64,000 bases of DNA from positions 30,256,001 through 30,320,000 of the forward strand of contig NC_043005.1 of the NCBI RefSeq assembly GCF_006345805.1, given 5' to 3'. The notes beneath the pieces are model-generated. The model saw nothing but the letters and a program-made list of their open reading frames with translations. It ran no database searches and was not told the origin of the DNA. This document shows positions 63,711-64,000 of this stretch, one piece after another. Source of the stretch: Octopus sinensis (taxonomy: Eukaryota). Made by a program: the position numbers and the translations under genes. Numbering within the stretch: the first letter of the stretch is position 1; each line of letters starts with the position of its first letter.

Positions 63711-64000
63711 TATCATTGACCATTATACCTAACACATTCATATACACTTGGAAGTAGGGAGACTTTCAATGTGTAAATGATCTCAGAAGAAAGTTATCCC
63801 CATAGACAATACGTGTGAAAATATGTTGTGGACAGGTGTATTATCAAAGTCAGCTTAAGCTATATTTTAATATTAAACATATGCAGAAGAATACAGTTCT
63901 ATATTTAAGAGATGAGGAATTATTTACATTATTTACATTTGACAGATATTTGTCCTCATCTTGTTTGTTGTTAACACAATGTTTCAGCTGATATACCCTC

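Overview
AT-rich, microsatellite-dense eukaryotic DNA, most likely from an octopod cephalopod. That assignment is inferred from the SINE, RTE and microsatellite style, not from a search. I recognise no host gene by homology; four short candidate exons on the + strand may belong to one large gene. The window is mostly transposon debris: RTE, CR1, R4-like (RT plus restriction-like endonuclease) and Tx1-like LINE fragments, three tRNA-derived SINE families, a full-length frameshifted mariner, a mariner deletion derivative, pogo and piggyBac remnants, a Helitron helicase with its 3' end, minisatellite blocks and a TTAGGG-type tract. The main signal missing from the ORF track is a dense, sequence-diverse set of short elements, most ending in (TA)n tracts. 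They carry minimal type I hammerhead ribozyme motifs (CUGANGA...GAAA, palindromic helix III, closing helix I), and many are folded back on themselves as 30-225 bp inverted repeats. I read about 10 well-formed hammerhead motifs plus several decayed ones. They include C3:G8, G3:C8 and U3:A8 core variants and a recurring mismatch at the base of helix II. This fits Penelope-like retroelement termini. All ribozyme folds were paired by eye and need computational and biochemical confirmation.
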